From Gemmatimonadaceae bacterium (GTDB lineage Bacteria; Gemmatimonadota; Gemmatimonadetes; Gemmatimonadales; Gemmatimonadaceae), in the NCBI GenBank assembly GCA_044224875.1, contig JBGAJQ010000011.1, forward strand, positions 32,001 to 96,000: DNA of 64,000 bases, in the 5' to 3' direction. A program made the position numbers and the translations under genes. The notes beneath the pieces were generated by a model. That model had not been told where the DNA came from, searched no databases, and was given only the letters and a program-made list of their open reading frames with translations. Below, piece by piece: positions 10,792 through 20,710 of the stretch; within the stretch, counting starts at the first letter, position 1; each line of letters opens with the position of its first letter.

Positions 10792-11961
10792 CTACCGCAT
10801 CATGAGCAGTCCGGCAGCCGCACCACCAAGCACCAGCCAGACGGAGTTGAGCCTGAATCGAAACAACAGTCCTGCGCTCACGAGCGCGAGGCCGGCCGTT
10901 GGGACGTCGTCGATGGCCGCTCGGCCCATCTGCCAGGTAACCACTGCCATGAGCGCAAGCGACGCGACGTTCACGCCGGCCAATCCGGCTCGGAACCTAG
11001 GCGACGCGCGAAGACTCGGGAGGAGCGCACTGCTTACGGCGACAAAGATGAACGCCGGCAGGAAGATTCCAATGGTGGCCAGCATGGCCCCGCCCGCGCC
11101 ACCGAGCACGTAGCCAATGAAGGTGGCGGCCGTGAACACAGGTCCGGGAGTCGCCTGGCCAATGGCGATTGCGTCGAACAGCTGAGTCTCGGTGATCCAT
11201 CCGAGGCGCTCCACAAACTCCGCGCGCAGCAGTGCAATCAGAACGTACCCACTTCCGAACAGCACGGCGCCCACCTTCGCAAACGCGAGGAACATCGTGT
11301 AGCTGCTGAATGGAGCCGCGCCTCCGACCTGAGTTGCGAGGCTTGTGAAGGCTGCCATTCGCCCGGACTGGTTTTTCCACTCCGAACCGGACGTTGCAGC
11401 TGCGTGGGCAAGTCCGGCGATGAGCAGAAGGAGCAGCTCGTCGACACCCGCCACGATGCCGACGATTGACACCACCGCGATCCCCGCGAGGAGTGGCGTC
11501 TTGATCGCCGTGCGTCCCAGCCGATACAGCGCCTGCAGCACGATGGCCAGGACGACCGGCTTCATGCCGTGTAAGAGGCCAGTCATGCTTGGCAGCGAGC
11601 CGAAGTGCACGTACACCCACGCCAGCAATCCGACGAGCGTGGCAGCGGGCATGATGAACGAGACGCCGGCGACCAGGAGCCCGCGCCATCCCGCGCGCAA
11701 CCGCCCAACGTGGATTGCCAGTTCGGTGGAGTTCGGCCCGGGAATGAGGTTCGTGGCACCGACCAGGTCGAGAAAGTCCTCGCGAGTCAGCCACCCGCGC
11801 CGGTTCACGATCTCATCTTCCATCATGGCCACGTGCGCGACCGGGCCGCCGAACGAGGTGACACCCAGGCGAAGGAAGAGCGTGGCAAGCTCCCTGAGCC
11901 GGGACGGGAGTCCCGACTGCACGTCGTTCGCTGTCGTGCGGGATGTGGTCTGCGGAGGCAC
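10792..11961 (-). CDS. chrA: Chromate efflux transporter
   Basis: SFGGPVAH, IPGPNSTE, FGSGYVL, ATPGPVF in two homologous halves. Confidence 0.92.
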   Translation of the reverse strand: MPPQTTSRTTANDVQSGLPSRLRELATLFLRLGVTSFGGPVAHVAMMEDEIVNRRGWLTREDFLDLVGATNLIPGPNSTELAIHVGRLRAGWRGLLVAGVSFIMPAATLVGLLAWVYVHFGSLPSMTGLLHGMKPVVLAIVLQALYRLGRTAIKTPLLAGIAVVSIVGIVAGVDELLLLLIAGLAHAAATSGSEWKNQSGRMAAFTSLATQVGGAAPFSSYTMFLAFAKVGAVLFGSGYVLIALLRAEFVERLGWITETQLFDAIAIGQATPGPVFTAATFIGYVLGGAGGAMLATIGIFLPAFIFVAVSSALLPSLRASPRFRAGLAGVNVASLALMAVVTWQMGRAAIDDVPTAGLALVSAGLLFRFRLNSVWLVLGGAAAGLLMMR

Positions 11962-12038
11962 GCATGTACACTACGAGCGGTCACTTCAGAACGTCAGCCC
12001 CGCGCGGGCTGTGCCTTCCTTCAGCTCGTACGGGATCA

Positions 12039-13034
12039 ATGACACTGCCAAAGTCGCTCCCCCACCATGCACCTGACGGTCGCTTCCAGAATCCGTGGCC
12101 GCGCAGCGGTACGGCCGGTTTGGGACGTGCGCTGCGTTGGGGACTCATCCGCAACCTTCAGAGGCTTGCGCCTACACCAGCGCGCGGAAGTCTCCCGACG
12201 GCCGTATCGCAGGTCGAGTATCCGCGAGCCGACGTGTCCACGCACCTGGCCACATGGATCGGCCACTCCACCGTGCTGTTGCAGATGGCGGGGCTCAACG
12301 TCATCACGGATCCGGTGTTTGCCGCACGCGCATCCCCATTCGCGAGCCTTGGCCCGCGGCGTGTGATGGACGCGGCGATGCCGCTGGACGCCTTGCCGCC
12401 GCTGGATGTGGTCCTGGTGTCCCACAACCACTACGACCACTTGGATCGCGACTCGACCGAGCGCCTGGCGGCCACGACGAATGCCACGTGGGTCGCACCG
12501 TTGAAGCTGGGAGAGACACTCACGCGCTGGGGTGTTCGTGACGTGGTGGAGCTCGACTGGTGGCAGAGCGCGAACGTGCGTGGCCTGGACCTCACGGCTA
12601 CACCGGCCCGGCACTTCAGTGGACGCTCACTGACGGATCGATTCGCGACCTTGTGGTGCGGATACACGATCGCCAGCTCCATCGCCCGAGCGTACTTTGT
12701 CGGCGACAGCGCCTACCATCCGGAGTTTGGTGAGGTCGGCGAACGCTGCGGGCCGTTCGACTTTCTCATGATGCCCATTGGTGCCTATGATCCACGTTGG
12801 ATGATGCGCAGCGTGCACCTGGATCCCGAGGAAGCCGTCCAGGCCTACGTCGATGTGGGTAGCGCCCACGATGTACAGCCGCTGATGCTTGGCATTCACT
12901 GGGGAACCTTTCGCCTCACCGACGAGGCCATGGACGAGCCCCCGTCACGAGTGCGACGTGAATGGGCTCGTCGGACATTGGACCCCACCCGACTCTGGAT
13001 CGCTGCCTTCGGCGAGACGCGTCGCTGGCGGTAG
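12039..13034 (+). CDS. MBL-fold metallohydrolase (NAPE-PLD/RomA-like)
   Basis: FQNPW, WIGHST, SHNHYDH, PARHFSGR, PIGAY, IHWGTF; start moved to the ATG at 12039. Confidence 0.9.
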   Translation: MTLPKSLPHHAPDGRFQNPWPRSGTAGLGRALRWGLIRNLQRLAPTPARGSLPTAVSQVEYPRADVSTHLATWIGHSTVLLQMAGLNVITDPVFAARASPFASLGPRRVMDAAMPLDALPPLDVVLVSHNHYDHLDRDSTERLAATTNATWVAPLKLGETLTRWGVRDVVELDWWQSANVRGLDLTATPARHFSGRSLTDRFATLWCGYTIASSIARAYFVGDSAYHPEFGEVGERCGPFDFLMMPIGAYDPRWMMRSVHLDPEEAVQAYVDVGSAHDVQPLMLGIHWGTFRLTDEAMDEPPSRVRREWARRTLDPTRLWIAAFGETRRWR

Positions 13035-13066
13035 GACGAAATGCGTGGTCGCCGGTCGTTGATGGC

Positions 13067-13633
13067 CTAGATGCCCATCGACGCGCGGTAGCTCCGGTAC
13101 ACGGGCACGGCACGCAGCAGCGCCGCCAAGACCTCTCGCAACGCTGCAGCCAACTGCTCATCCGCGGCGATTGTTGCAGCTGTCAGATCGCGACCCGGGA
13201 GCCTGAGCGGCACGGCCTCGTCGAACACGAGACGAGCGGACATGGTGCGAAGTGTTTCCGCCAGTGAGGCCTGCGCGTACGAGGAACGCGGCGACACATT
13301 CACGAGGGCGACGGGTTTGTGAGGAACCTCCGGTCCGCTGACCAGCCAGTCCAGTGCGTTCTTGAGCACGCCGGGAACGCCATGCGCGTACTCAGGCGAA
13401 CAGATCAGCATGGCGTCCGCCGCTCGAACCTGTGCGCGCAATGACTGCACCGTCGCTGGAAGCGGAACACCTTCGACGTCGTGGTCCGGATTGAAGGCCG
13501 GCACGTCCGCGAGTCCGGTCAGCAACGGCACTCGCACCTCGGGAGAGGCGAGGTGTGCCACAGCCATCAGAACCTCGGTATTGGTCGACTGCGCGCGCAG
13601 ACTCCCGGAAATGGCCAGGATCGTCGTCGACAC
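13067..13633 (-). CDS. NADPH-dependent FMN reductase
   Basis: SGSLRAQS, SPEYAHGVPGVLKNALDW. Confidence 0.92.
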   Translation of the reverse strand: MSTTILAISGSLRAQSTNTEVLMAVAHLASPEVRVPLLTGLADVPAFNPDHDVEGVPLPATVQSLRAQVRAADAMLICSPEYAHGVPGVLKNALDWLVSGPEVPHKPVALVNVSPRSSYAQASLAETLRTMSARLVFDEAVPLRLPGRDLTAATIAADEQLAAALREVLAALLRAVPVYRSYRASMGI

Positions 13634-15196
13634 CTACGCCGCCGCCTCGATCTCCAGTTCGCGGAGATCCCGCCCACGGCTCTCTCCGCCGAAGACGACC
13701 AATAGCAGGAAGCCCACCGCCGTCGGGACCGCGACTGCCAGCGCCGCGGCGCCTAACGGCGGTACGACGCCGGCTAGACTCAGTCCCTGCGCCACCAACC
13801 CGCCGAACTTGCTGCAGCCAGCCACCCAACCGGTGGCGCGCCCCCGCACGCGCAGCGGATAGCTCTCGGCAGTGTACGGCAGCAGGATCGAAATCACGCC
13901 GCTGGATCCCACGATGAGGAGCGACAGTGGGATCACTGGACTGGTCGCCGGGTTGGAGCTGCGCAACAACAGTCCGATCAATCCACCCATCATGATGCCC
14001 GTCATGACCAGCAGCGCCCCCTTGGTGCTCCACGACGCATAGAGCCACGCTGACACCACGATCACGGGCGCGGCGATCACCGTTGACTGCGCAATCAGGG
14101 CGCTCGACGCCGCCACACTTCGTCCTTCTGCCACCAACGCGCTCGGCAGCCACAACATGATTCCGAAGTTCACGAGGCCCCAGGCGAGCGCGCTGAAGGT
14201 CAGCGCCACCGTGAGGCGCTTCTGGCTTGGGGTCATGGCGGCGAGACGGGTCGAGCGCGGCGCGCTGGCCGCGCGCTCCTGGCGGTGGGACTGTACCACG
14301 GCCCCGAACCGCGCGAGGACGGCCCGAGCCTCCCCGCTTCGGCCCATCTGCTGAAGAAAACGCGCCGACTCAGGGAGGAACGGGCTTAGCGCAATGAGGA
14401 TCAAACCCGTCGGCAGGTTGAGGAACCACATGATCCGCCAACCGAACTCCGGCTGCAACAAGGCTGACAGCGAACTCGCGGCAAAGAACCCGCCCACCGC
14501 GCCGATGCCTCCGATCATCACAAGCGTCCAGCCGCGATGGCGCGTGGGCATGATCTCGGCAAGCAGGGCGTAGGTCACCGGCAACATGCCCCCCGCGGCC
14601 ATGCCCATCAACATGCACATGAAGACATTCCACCAGAAGCTCGGCATCGCCCCGCAGATGGACGTCCCAATGAACATGACGCTCGACAGCAAAATCGAGG
14701 CGCGCCTTCCGTACAGGTCAGCCAACGCCCCCCAGATGAACGAGCCAATGACCGTCCCCGTCAGCGCCGCCAGCGGCAGCCACGCCACCATTTCCTTGCC
14801 GACGGAGTACTCCTTGCGCATGCCAGGCGTGACGAAGCCCAGACTCGCCGGCTTCATGATGTCGATGATGAGGGCCAGGGCCAGGAGTGCCGCGAGCGTC
14901 CAGTGAGCGCGAGTGAGCGGCGCATCTTCTGGCGGCGCGATGGTCTCGACCACGCGATCGACCGTCGGTACGGTCGTCGGCAACAGACCGTACCCGGCAA
15001 GCAGCACGCCGCCGACGATCAAGGCCATCCCCCACAGCATCCCTTGATCCATGGGCATGCCGGCAAGCACGTAGCCGTTGCTGCGCCCCATCAGGAACAT
15101 CGGCAGATGTAACACCACCCCCGCCGTCACCGTGATGCAGCCCAACCAGAAGGCCAGCGCACTGCGCCTCGCTTCGAATGTCACGACAGCTGGCAT
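13634..15196 (-). CDS. MFS transporter with an N-terminal hydrophobic extension
   Basis: GALADLYGRR motif A, PESARFL, ESYPLRVRGRATG; stop codon abuts the FMN reductase start. Confidence 0.9.
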   Translation of the reverse strand: MPAVVTFEARRSALAFWLGCITVTAGVVLHLPMFLMGRSNGYVLAGMPMDQGMLWGMALIVGGVLLAGYGLLPTTVPTVDRVVETIAPPEDAPLTRAHWTLAALLALALIIDIMKPASLGFVTPGMRKEYSVGKEMVAWLPLAALTGTVIGSFIWGALADLYGRRASILLSSVMFIGTSICGAMPSFWWNVFMCMLMGMAAGGMLPVTYALLAEIMPTRHRGWTLVMIGGIGAVGGFFAASSLSALLQPEFGWRIMWFLNLPTGLILIALSPFLPESARFLQQMGRSGEARAVLARFGAVVQSHRQERAASAPRSTRLAAMTPSQKRLTVALTFSALAWGLVNFGIMLWLPSALVAEGRSVAASSALIAQSTVIAAPVIVVSAWLYASWSTKGALLVMTGIMMGGLIGLLLRSSNPATSPVIPLSLLIVGSSGVISILLPYTAESYPLRVRGRATGWVAGCSKFGGLVAQGLSLAGVVPPLGAAALAVAVPTAVGFLLLVVFGGESRGRDLRELEIEAAA

Positions 15197-15407
15197 ACCG
15201 GGTTGCGCCTGTGTGGGACGGGAGACGGCGGTGTAAGCTACTGACCGGATCGCGCGTGGGGAGCTAGGTCCGGAGACGACGCTCGCGTGGCACCTTGGAG
15301 CGCAGCAGAACCCGTGCCACGCAGCTCATTCCCTCCGCCCGCTCGAAAGCACAAGATAGGTGGCGCCGTGGTACCCGCACGTCGCCCTCAACCCGGCCGG
15401 AGAAGCC

Positions 15408-17435
15408 ATGTCGTCTGCCCGTACTCTCATCCCGCTCGTCCTGGCGTTAGGCACACCCGTCATGGCCGCGCCGGCGCGACCGCAAAATCCTCGGCCCTTT
15501 GCCCCGGAAGACCTGCGTCTCATTCGCACGGTGAGCGATGTGCAGTTGTCACCCGATGGGACTCAGGCCCTCATCACCGTAACCAGCTCGGAATCCCCAG
15601 GACGTCCGCGCTCTGAGGTAAGGCTGCTGACCCTTGCCACCGGCTTGTCGCGCCGACTCGGACGAGAAGGTGAGGGCGTGTCTGGCGCGCGTTGGTCGCC
15701 GAAGGGGGACTGGCTAGCGTACTTCGGGCGCGAGGGTGACCGGTATGGCCTGATCGTCGCCCGCGCCGACGGCAGCGATGCCCGCCTCATCGCCGACGTC
15801 GCAAGCACGAACCACCCGCTCCCGACCAGCGGTGAGCGTTTGAGCTGGTCACCAGACGGCACGCAGGTCGCGTACGTGTCGGCGACCGCCGGACCCGAGG
15901 TGGACGCCAACGGCGACCCCATGGTGATCACCCGCTACCTGTACAAACCGACGGCCGGAGAAGGTCTCACGAGGTTCAACGACAATCGGCGCCTGCACGT
16001 CTTCGTCGCCAACGCGGCGACGGGGGCAGTCAGGCAGCTCACCACGGGCGACTATTACGAGCATTCCCTCGACTGGTCACCCGGCGGCGATGAGGTGCTC
16101 TTCGTCTCCAATCGCGAACCCGATCCGGACCGCTTCTTCAACTACGATGTGTTTGCGGTTCGCGTGGCCACCGGCGCTGTCCGCCGCATCACCACCACCA
16201 AGAATGCCGAATACGCGCCGGTGTGGTCGCCCGACGGCACCGTCATCGCGTACCAGGGCACCAAGCGCACGCTGACCTCCTCGGAAACGACCATGGAGGA
16301 CACGCACCTGTGGACGATGAACGCCGACGGAAGCGACCGACGAGAAATCGTGACACTTGACAATCGCCAGGGAGCGCCCGCCTGGTCTGCGGACGGCCGT
16401 GCGATCTACTTCACCCTGCAGGACCACGGGAATGTTCATCTCTATCGGACAACGTTAGGCGGCGCGACTCCGGAACGGGTCGTTGGGGGGACGGGTACCG
16501 TAGGGTCCTGGTCCGTCGGCCGGGACGGGACCATCGCCTATGCCTTCACCGCCACCGACCGCGCCGCCGAGTTGTACATCCGCACGAGCGCAGGCGCCAC
16601 ACGCCGTGTCACGACCTTCAACGACAGCCTGATGGCGCAGCGGCGGACAGCTGGCGTCGACTCCTTCACGGTGACCAGCGTGCGCGGAGTTCCCGTGCAG
16701 TCGTTTCTTGTCCGCCCGTTGGATCTGACGACCGGCAAGGCGCCACTCATCGCGCTGATCCACGGTGGACCGCACGGACAGCAAGGCGCCGCGTTCAATG
16801 CCAGCGCACAGGTCTACGCCGCCCACGGATACGGAGTACTCCTCGTGAACTATCGCGGGAGCACCGGCTACGGGCAGGCTCACGCCGATGCCATCTTCGG
16901 CGACCAGAATGGAGCAGAGGCGCAGGACGTACTGGTAGCCGTCGATTCCGCACTCGCGCGCTATGCGTGGATCGACTCCACTCGCCTAGGCGTCGAGGGT
17001 GGAAGTTACGGCGGACAACTCGCGAACTGGCTTGTGACGCGGACAGATCGCTTCAAGGCGGCCATTCCTCGCGCCGGCATCAGCAACCTCGTCACCCAGA
17101 ACTACCTCTCGTACTATCACGACTACCTGGCCGTGGAATTCGGATCGTTCCCGCACGAGGGCTCGGTCATGGACACGCTCTGGGCACGTTCACCGATTCG
17201 CTATGTCTCGCGTGTACGCACGCCTGTGCTGTTCCTGCACGGTGAAAACGACAACGACGTGCCGATCGCTGAGGCCGAGCAATTCTACATTGCCCTGATG
17301 GACGTAGGTGTACAGACGCAGATGATCCGTTATCCGCGCGAGGGGCACGGGCTACGCGAGACCAACCACGTGATCGACGCGCTCATCCGGTCGATGAACT
17401 GGTACGACCGGTGGTTCGCGAAGCCCAAAGTATGA
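15408..17435 (+). CDS. Secreted S9 family (acylaminoacyl/dipeptidyl) peptidase
   Basis: Signal peptide, WSPDG propeller repeats, GGSYGG nucleophile, GENDNDV, EGHG. Confidence 0.95.
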   Translation: MSSARTLIPLVLALGTPVMAAPARPQNPRPFAPEDLRLIRTVSDVQLSPDGTQALITVTSSESPGRPRSEVRLLTLATGLSRRLGREGEGVSGARWSPKGDWLAYFGREGDRYGLIVARADGSDARLIADVASTNHPLPTSGERLSWSPDGTQVAYVSATAGPEVDANGDPMVITRYLYKPTAGEGLTRFNDNRRLHVFVANAATGAVRQLTTGDYYEHSLDWSPGGDEVLFVSNREPDPDRFFNYDVFAVRVATGAVRRITTTKNAEYAPVWSPDGTVIAYQGTKRTLTSSETTMEDTHLWTMNADGSDRREIVTLDNRQGAPAWSADGRAIYFTLQDHGNVHLYRTTLGGATPERVVGGTGTVGSWSVGRDGTIAYAFTATDRAAELYIRTSAGATRRVTTFNDSLMAQRRTAGVDSFTVTSVRGVPVQSFLVRPLDLTTGKAPLIALIHGGPHGQQGAAFNASAQVYAAHGYGVLLVNYRGSTGYGQAHADAIFGDQNGAEAQDVLVAVDSALARYAWIDSTRLGVEGGSYGGQLANWLVTRTDRFKAAIPRAGISNLVTQNYLSYYHDYLAVEFGSFPHEGSVMDTLWARSPIRYVSRVRTPVLFLHGENDNDVPIAEAEQFYIALMDVGVQTQMIRYPREGHGLRETNHVIDALIRSMNWYDRWFAKPKV

Positions 17436-17481
17436 AAGGCCACCCCGACGAAAGCTTGAGAGGCTCCGCGGTGTCACAGCG

Positions 17482-18928
17482 TCAGGGAACGCGAGCGAAA
17501 TAGCCGTCGCCAACGTAGAGCCGCGTCACCCTTCCGCCCTCCTCCGCGAAGCGCACGACTTCACCGATCTCGCCCCCGCCGGTTGCGGCAATGACCTTGA
17601 ACCGGCCGTTGCCGAGTGGCTCGAGCGTCACGGGATTGTCCACGTTAGGCGCGTTGGGCGTAATGAGGACGAGTCGGTCCTTCATCAGGACCACCTGTTC
17701 GTCGCCCCACGCGCCGCGATAGAGTCCCGCAAAACGCGCCCACGATGGGTCCCAAGCCACCACGGTCGGGTTTGGCTTCGCCGCCTTGGCCACCGCGGCG
17801 CCGACCGTGGACATCAGTTGGCGCGCGATCCCGCCAGGGTCGGAGTCATTGGTGTTGGTCAACACGATCACAGCGACCTTGTCGTCCAGTTGAATTCAGC
17901 GTGTTCGTCGTGTTGCCAAGGTATCCGCCCCCGTGACCGACATAGGTGCGATTGTTGATGCGGCTGACGGCGAAGCCAATAGCCGTTCCCGAGTTCCAGG
18001 TCTCCTCCACGGAGCGCACGCGGTGCATCTCCCGCAACGAACCCGTACTCAGGATCTGGCGGCCGCCCATCTTCCCGGTCCGGAACTGGGCCTCCACGAA
18101 CTTGGCCATGTCCTCCACGTTCGACGAAATGCCGGTGGCCGATGCCATCCCCCGGGCGTCGATGAATGGAATCACGGCGCGCGAACCGTCGGGCATGCGG
18201 CGGCCGTATCCCACCGTCAACGCGGGATCGTTCTTGTCCACGCTCGACGCCGTCATGCCTAACGGCTCAAAGATGTGGGTCTGTACATAGTCCGACCACC
18301 GTTGCCCGCTGACGGCTTCTACCACCATCCCGGCGATCGTGTAGGCGAGGTTCGAGTATTTCCAGCGCGTCGCTGGGGGAAAAGCCGCCTGTCGATCGGC
18401 GATCAGGCGTTTGATGTCGTCCCCCGATGGAAACTCGTTCGTGGCCCAGTGGTCCCCGGCCTCCCTCGGCAGTCCCGACGCATGCGTCAGGAGTTGCTCG
18501 ATCGTCACCTCGCCATCGTTCTCCTCCGCCGGTTTCACCGAGAACCACGGCAGGTACTTCTTGACCGGATCGTCCAAACGCAACTTCCCCTGCTCTCGCA
18601 GCTGCATGATGGAGGTGGCCGTGAACAACTTGCTGTGCGAGGCCATGCGGAACAGCGTGGTCGCTGTCATGGGCCGCTTCGTGCTCACGTCGGCGAACCC
18701 AAAGCCCTTCGACCATACCAGCTCCTGGTCGCTCACCACGCCAACGGCGATGCCGGGCAGCCCGCGGTAGGCGATCTGGGCGTCGAGCCACGCCGAGAAG
18801 AGCCGTTCAGCGGCGAGGACGTCCGGGTCGTTGGCCACCGTGCTCGCTGGCTGTGCGGACAGCCGCGTAGCCAGGATGACAGCCAGCAGGGCGGTACGGA
18901 CGACGGGCACGGAAAGGCGGGAAGCCAT
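17482..18928 (-). pseudogene. Beta-lactamase-family serine hydrolase with a +1 frameshift near 17895
   Basis: SHSK, YSN and HGG motifs; removing one base from ctg-aatt-caa restores ...TLIQLDDKVAVIVLTN and joins ORF 17846..18928 to ORF 17482..17871. Could be a sequencing error. Confidence 0.85.
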
Positions 18929-19066
18929 GGAAATTGCTCGCGTTGACGATGCGCTAGCCTCGCCTCCCAGCCCGCGGCCGTCAAGACCGCCGGCACCCAA
19001 TGCCGACCGTCGCAACGATCGACGAAACGGACAGCGCCTAACGCGAAGTTCGCCGTCGCACCGCGG

Positions 19067-19150
19067 CTAGACCGGCGGCGGTCCCACGCTGGTCAGGACC
19101 TCGTAGTGCAGGACGCCAGGCTCCCGCTCCAGCAGGAAGGCGTCGTCCTC
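19067..19150 (-). pseudogene. C-terminal remnant resembling an antibiotic-biosynthesis-monooxygenase-like protein
   Basis: Reads EDDAFLLEREPGVLHYEVLTSVGPPPV* with no start. Confidence 0.5.
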
Positions 19151-19179
19151 TCGCCAGCGGCGCGCTCGCGGGCGAACCG

Positions 19180-19644
19180 TTACGCTGGTGTCGGGGCCAG
19201 GCGCCGCCACACGAGCGTTCGCGTCACGGGTTCTCCGCCTGCCGTGGCGGTGGCCAGCGCGATGGTGAGTGTGTCCCCATCCACCAGCATGGTGCGGGTG
19301 AGCACGAGTCCCACGTTTTCCGCAGACAGTGCACCAAGCAACTTCTGCGTGACCGTTCCCCGTGCGTCATCGACCGTGTACGTGCCAAAGTACGCATCGT
19401 AACCCGCCTGCGAGCGCGAGTTGTTCGGCGCCGCCACCGATTGGGCCATGGACCGATCGGTCGACCCCATCGAGGTGCGATCCCGTTTCATGAACTGCGC
19501 GGCAAAGTGCCCGCTGCGGTCGTAATACAGCAGCGCCACCGGATCACTACCCAGCATCGGCTCGGGGCGAGGCTCGCCAGCCGCCGTCCGGTCCATGCGG
19601 CTGAGCAGCTCCCACGTGCCGATCATTGATTCCGAGAGTGACAT
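19180..19644 (-). CDS. Lipocalin-like domain protein (Lipocalin_5 type)
   Basis: IGTWELLS, YDAYFGTYTVD, LVWRR. Confidence 0.85.
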   Translation of the reverse strand: MSLSESMIGTWELLSRMDRTAAGEPRPEPMLGSDPVALLYYDRSGHFAAQFMKRDRTSMGSTDRSMAQSVAAPNNSRSQAGYDAYFGTYTVDDARGTVTQKLLGALSAENVGLVLTRTMLVDGDTLTIALATATAGGEPVTRTLVWRRLAPTPA

Positions 19645-19730
19645 GAGGTCGGGCTCCAAGTCTGTGACAGATGTCGTCTGCGTCCGCGATGTTTGACGTA
19701 CGGCACCAGGCGTTCCGCAGCTTCGTCGCG

Positions 19731-20702
19731 TCAGCGCGCCAGCCAGTTCAGGACGCGCCGCGCGCGCAGCGTGAGCCAGCGATTCGGAGCGCCAACTTCG
19801 CCGGCGATCTCCTCGTACAGCGTGTCACGGTGCCTATGGGCGAGAACCCAACGTCCGTCAGGTCGTTGTTGCTGGCGGACGATACCGGCAGCCTCCTCGA
19901 CTCGCGCATCCGCCGGCACCTGGGCGTTGCGCAGGTAGTCGAGCGCGCGTAGTGCGTCGTAGTGCCACAGTGGCGGAAACACGAGCCTGGTCCATCCCGG
20001 GTCGATCAGTTCGCCGGAGGACAGTCTACGCAGGAGTTTCCTCGCGAGCAGATATTCTTGCCCGCGACGGCGGGCATGGCTCACGCGAGGCGAGTCGCCA
20101 AACGCCTGCTCGAACGCGAGGAGGCCTTCGAGCACACACAGCGTCGTGTGAAACGACGAACGGATCGAGTTCCCACGCTCGGCCTCGCAATTCCATCCGC
20201 CGTCCTCCAGCTGTTCACTCAGCAGGCGATCAACCAGCCGATCGCTTCGCACACCGAAGTACGCGCCGAGTGCGACGGCACGTCCGTTGATGCACGGCTC
20301 CACCTCGCCCTCGAAGAACGGTGAGTCGCCAAACTCCGGCCCCCAGGTGACGTGCTCACGCACGCGATCGATTGCCGCGCGCACGGACGGACTCCCAGGG
20401 TCAACACCAAGGTCACGCAGAAATACCAGCGTGTACAAGTTTGACCACCAGAATGGCAGGTCGACCCCGTCGCCCCACTGTCCGTCTGACCGCTGTGCGG
20501 CCAGCAGCTGCGCCCCCCACCCTTCAGCGGCAACACGAGACCGCTCAGCCGCAACAATGTCGTCAGGCACATCGCAGAAATCGCGCATCACCTGCCATCG
20601 TATGGACGGGTCGCTGTCGAGGAGCCAGGAGAGGACCGGGTCGCTCGGTGTCTGGGATGCAGGGTTCATATGGGACGGCGGAATCGATGGTCCTGAAGGC
20701 AT
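19731..20702 (-). CDS. Prenyltransferase/squalene-cyclase-repeat fold protein
   Basis: QW-like repeats QRSDGQW, QLEDGGWNC, QRPDGRW; alternative start at 20669. Confidence 0.75.
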   Translation of the reverse strand: MPSGPSIPPSHMNPASQTPSDPVLSWLLDSDPSIRWQVMRDFCDVPDDIVAAERSRVAAEGWGAQLLAAQRSDGQWGDGVDLPFWWSNLYTLVFLRDLGVDPGSPSVRAAIDRVREHVTWGPEFGDSPFFEGEVEPCINGRAVALGAYFGVRSDRLVDRLLSEQLEDGGWNCEAERGNSIRSSFHTTLCVLEGLLAFEQAFGDSPRVSHARRRGQEYLLARKLLRRLSSGELIDPGWTRLVFPPLWHYDALRALDYLRNAQVPADARVEEAAGIVRQQQRPDGRWVLAHRHRDTLYEEIAGEVGAPNRWLTLRARRVLNWLAR

Positions 20703-20710
20703 CAGGTGCG

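Noticed and set aside
10231..11794. Long alternative-frame ORFs (for example 10231..11469 + and 10997..11794 -) and many similar ones
   Set aside because: Arg/Pro-rich shadow ORFs overlapping well-supported genes, as expected at high GC
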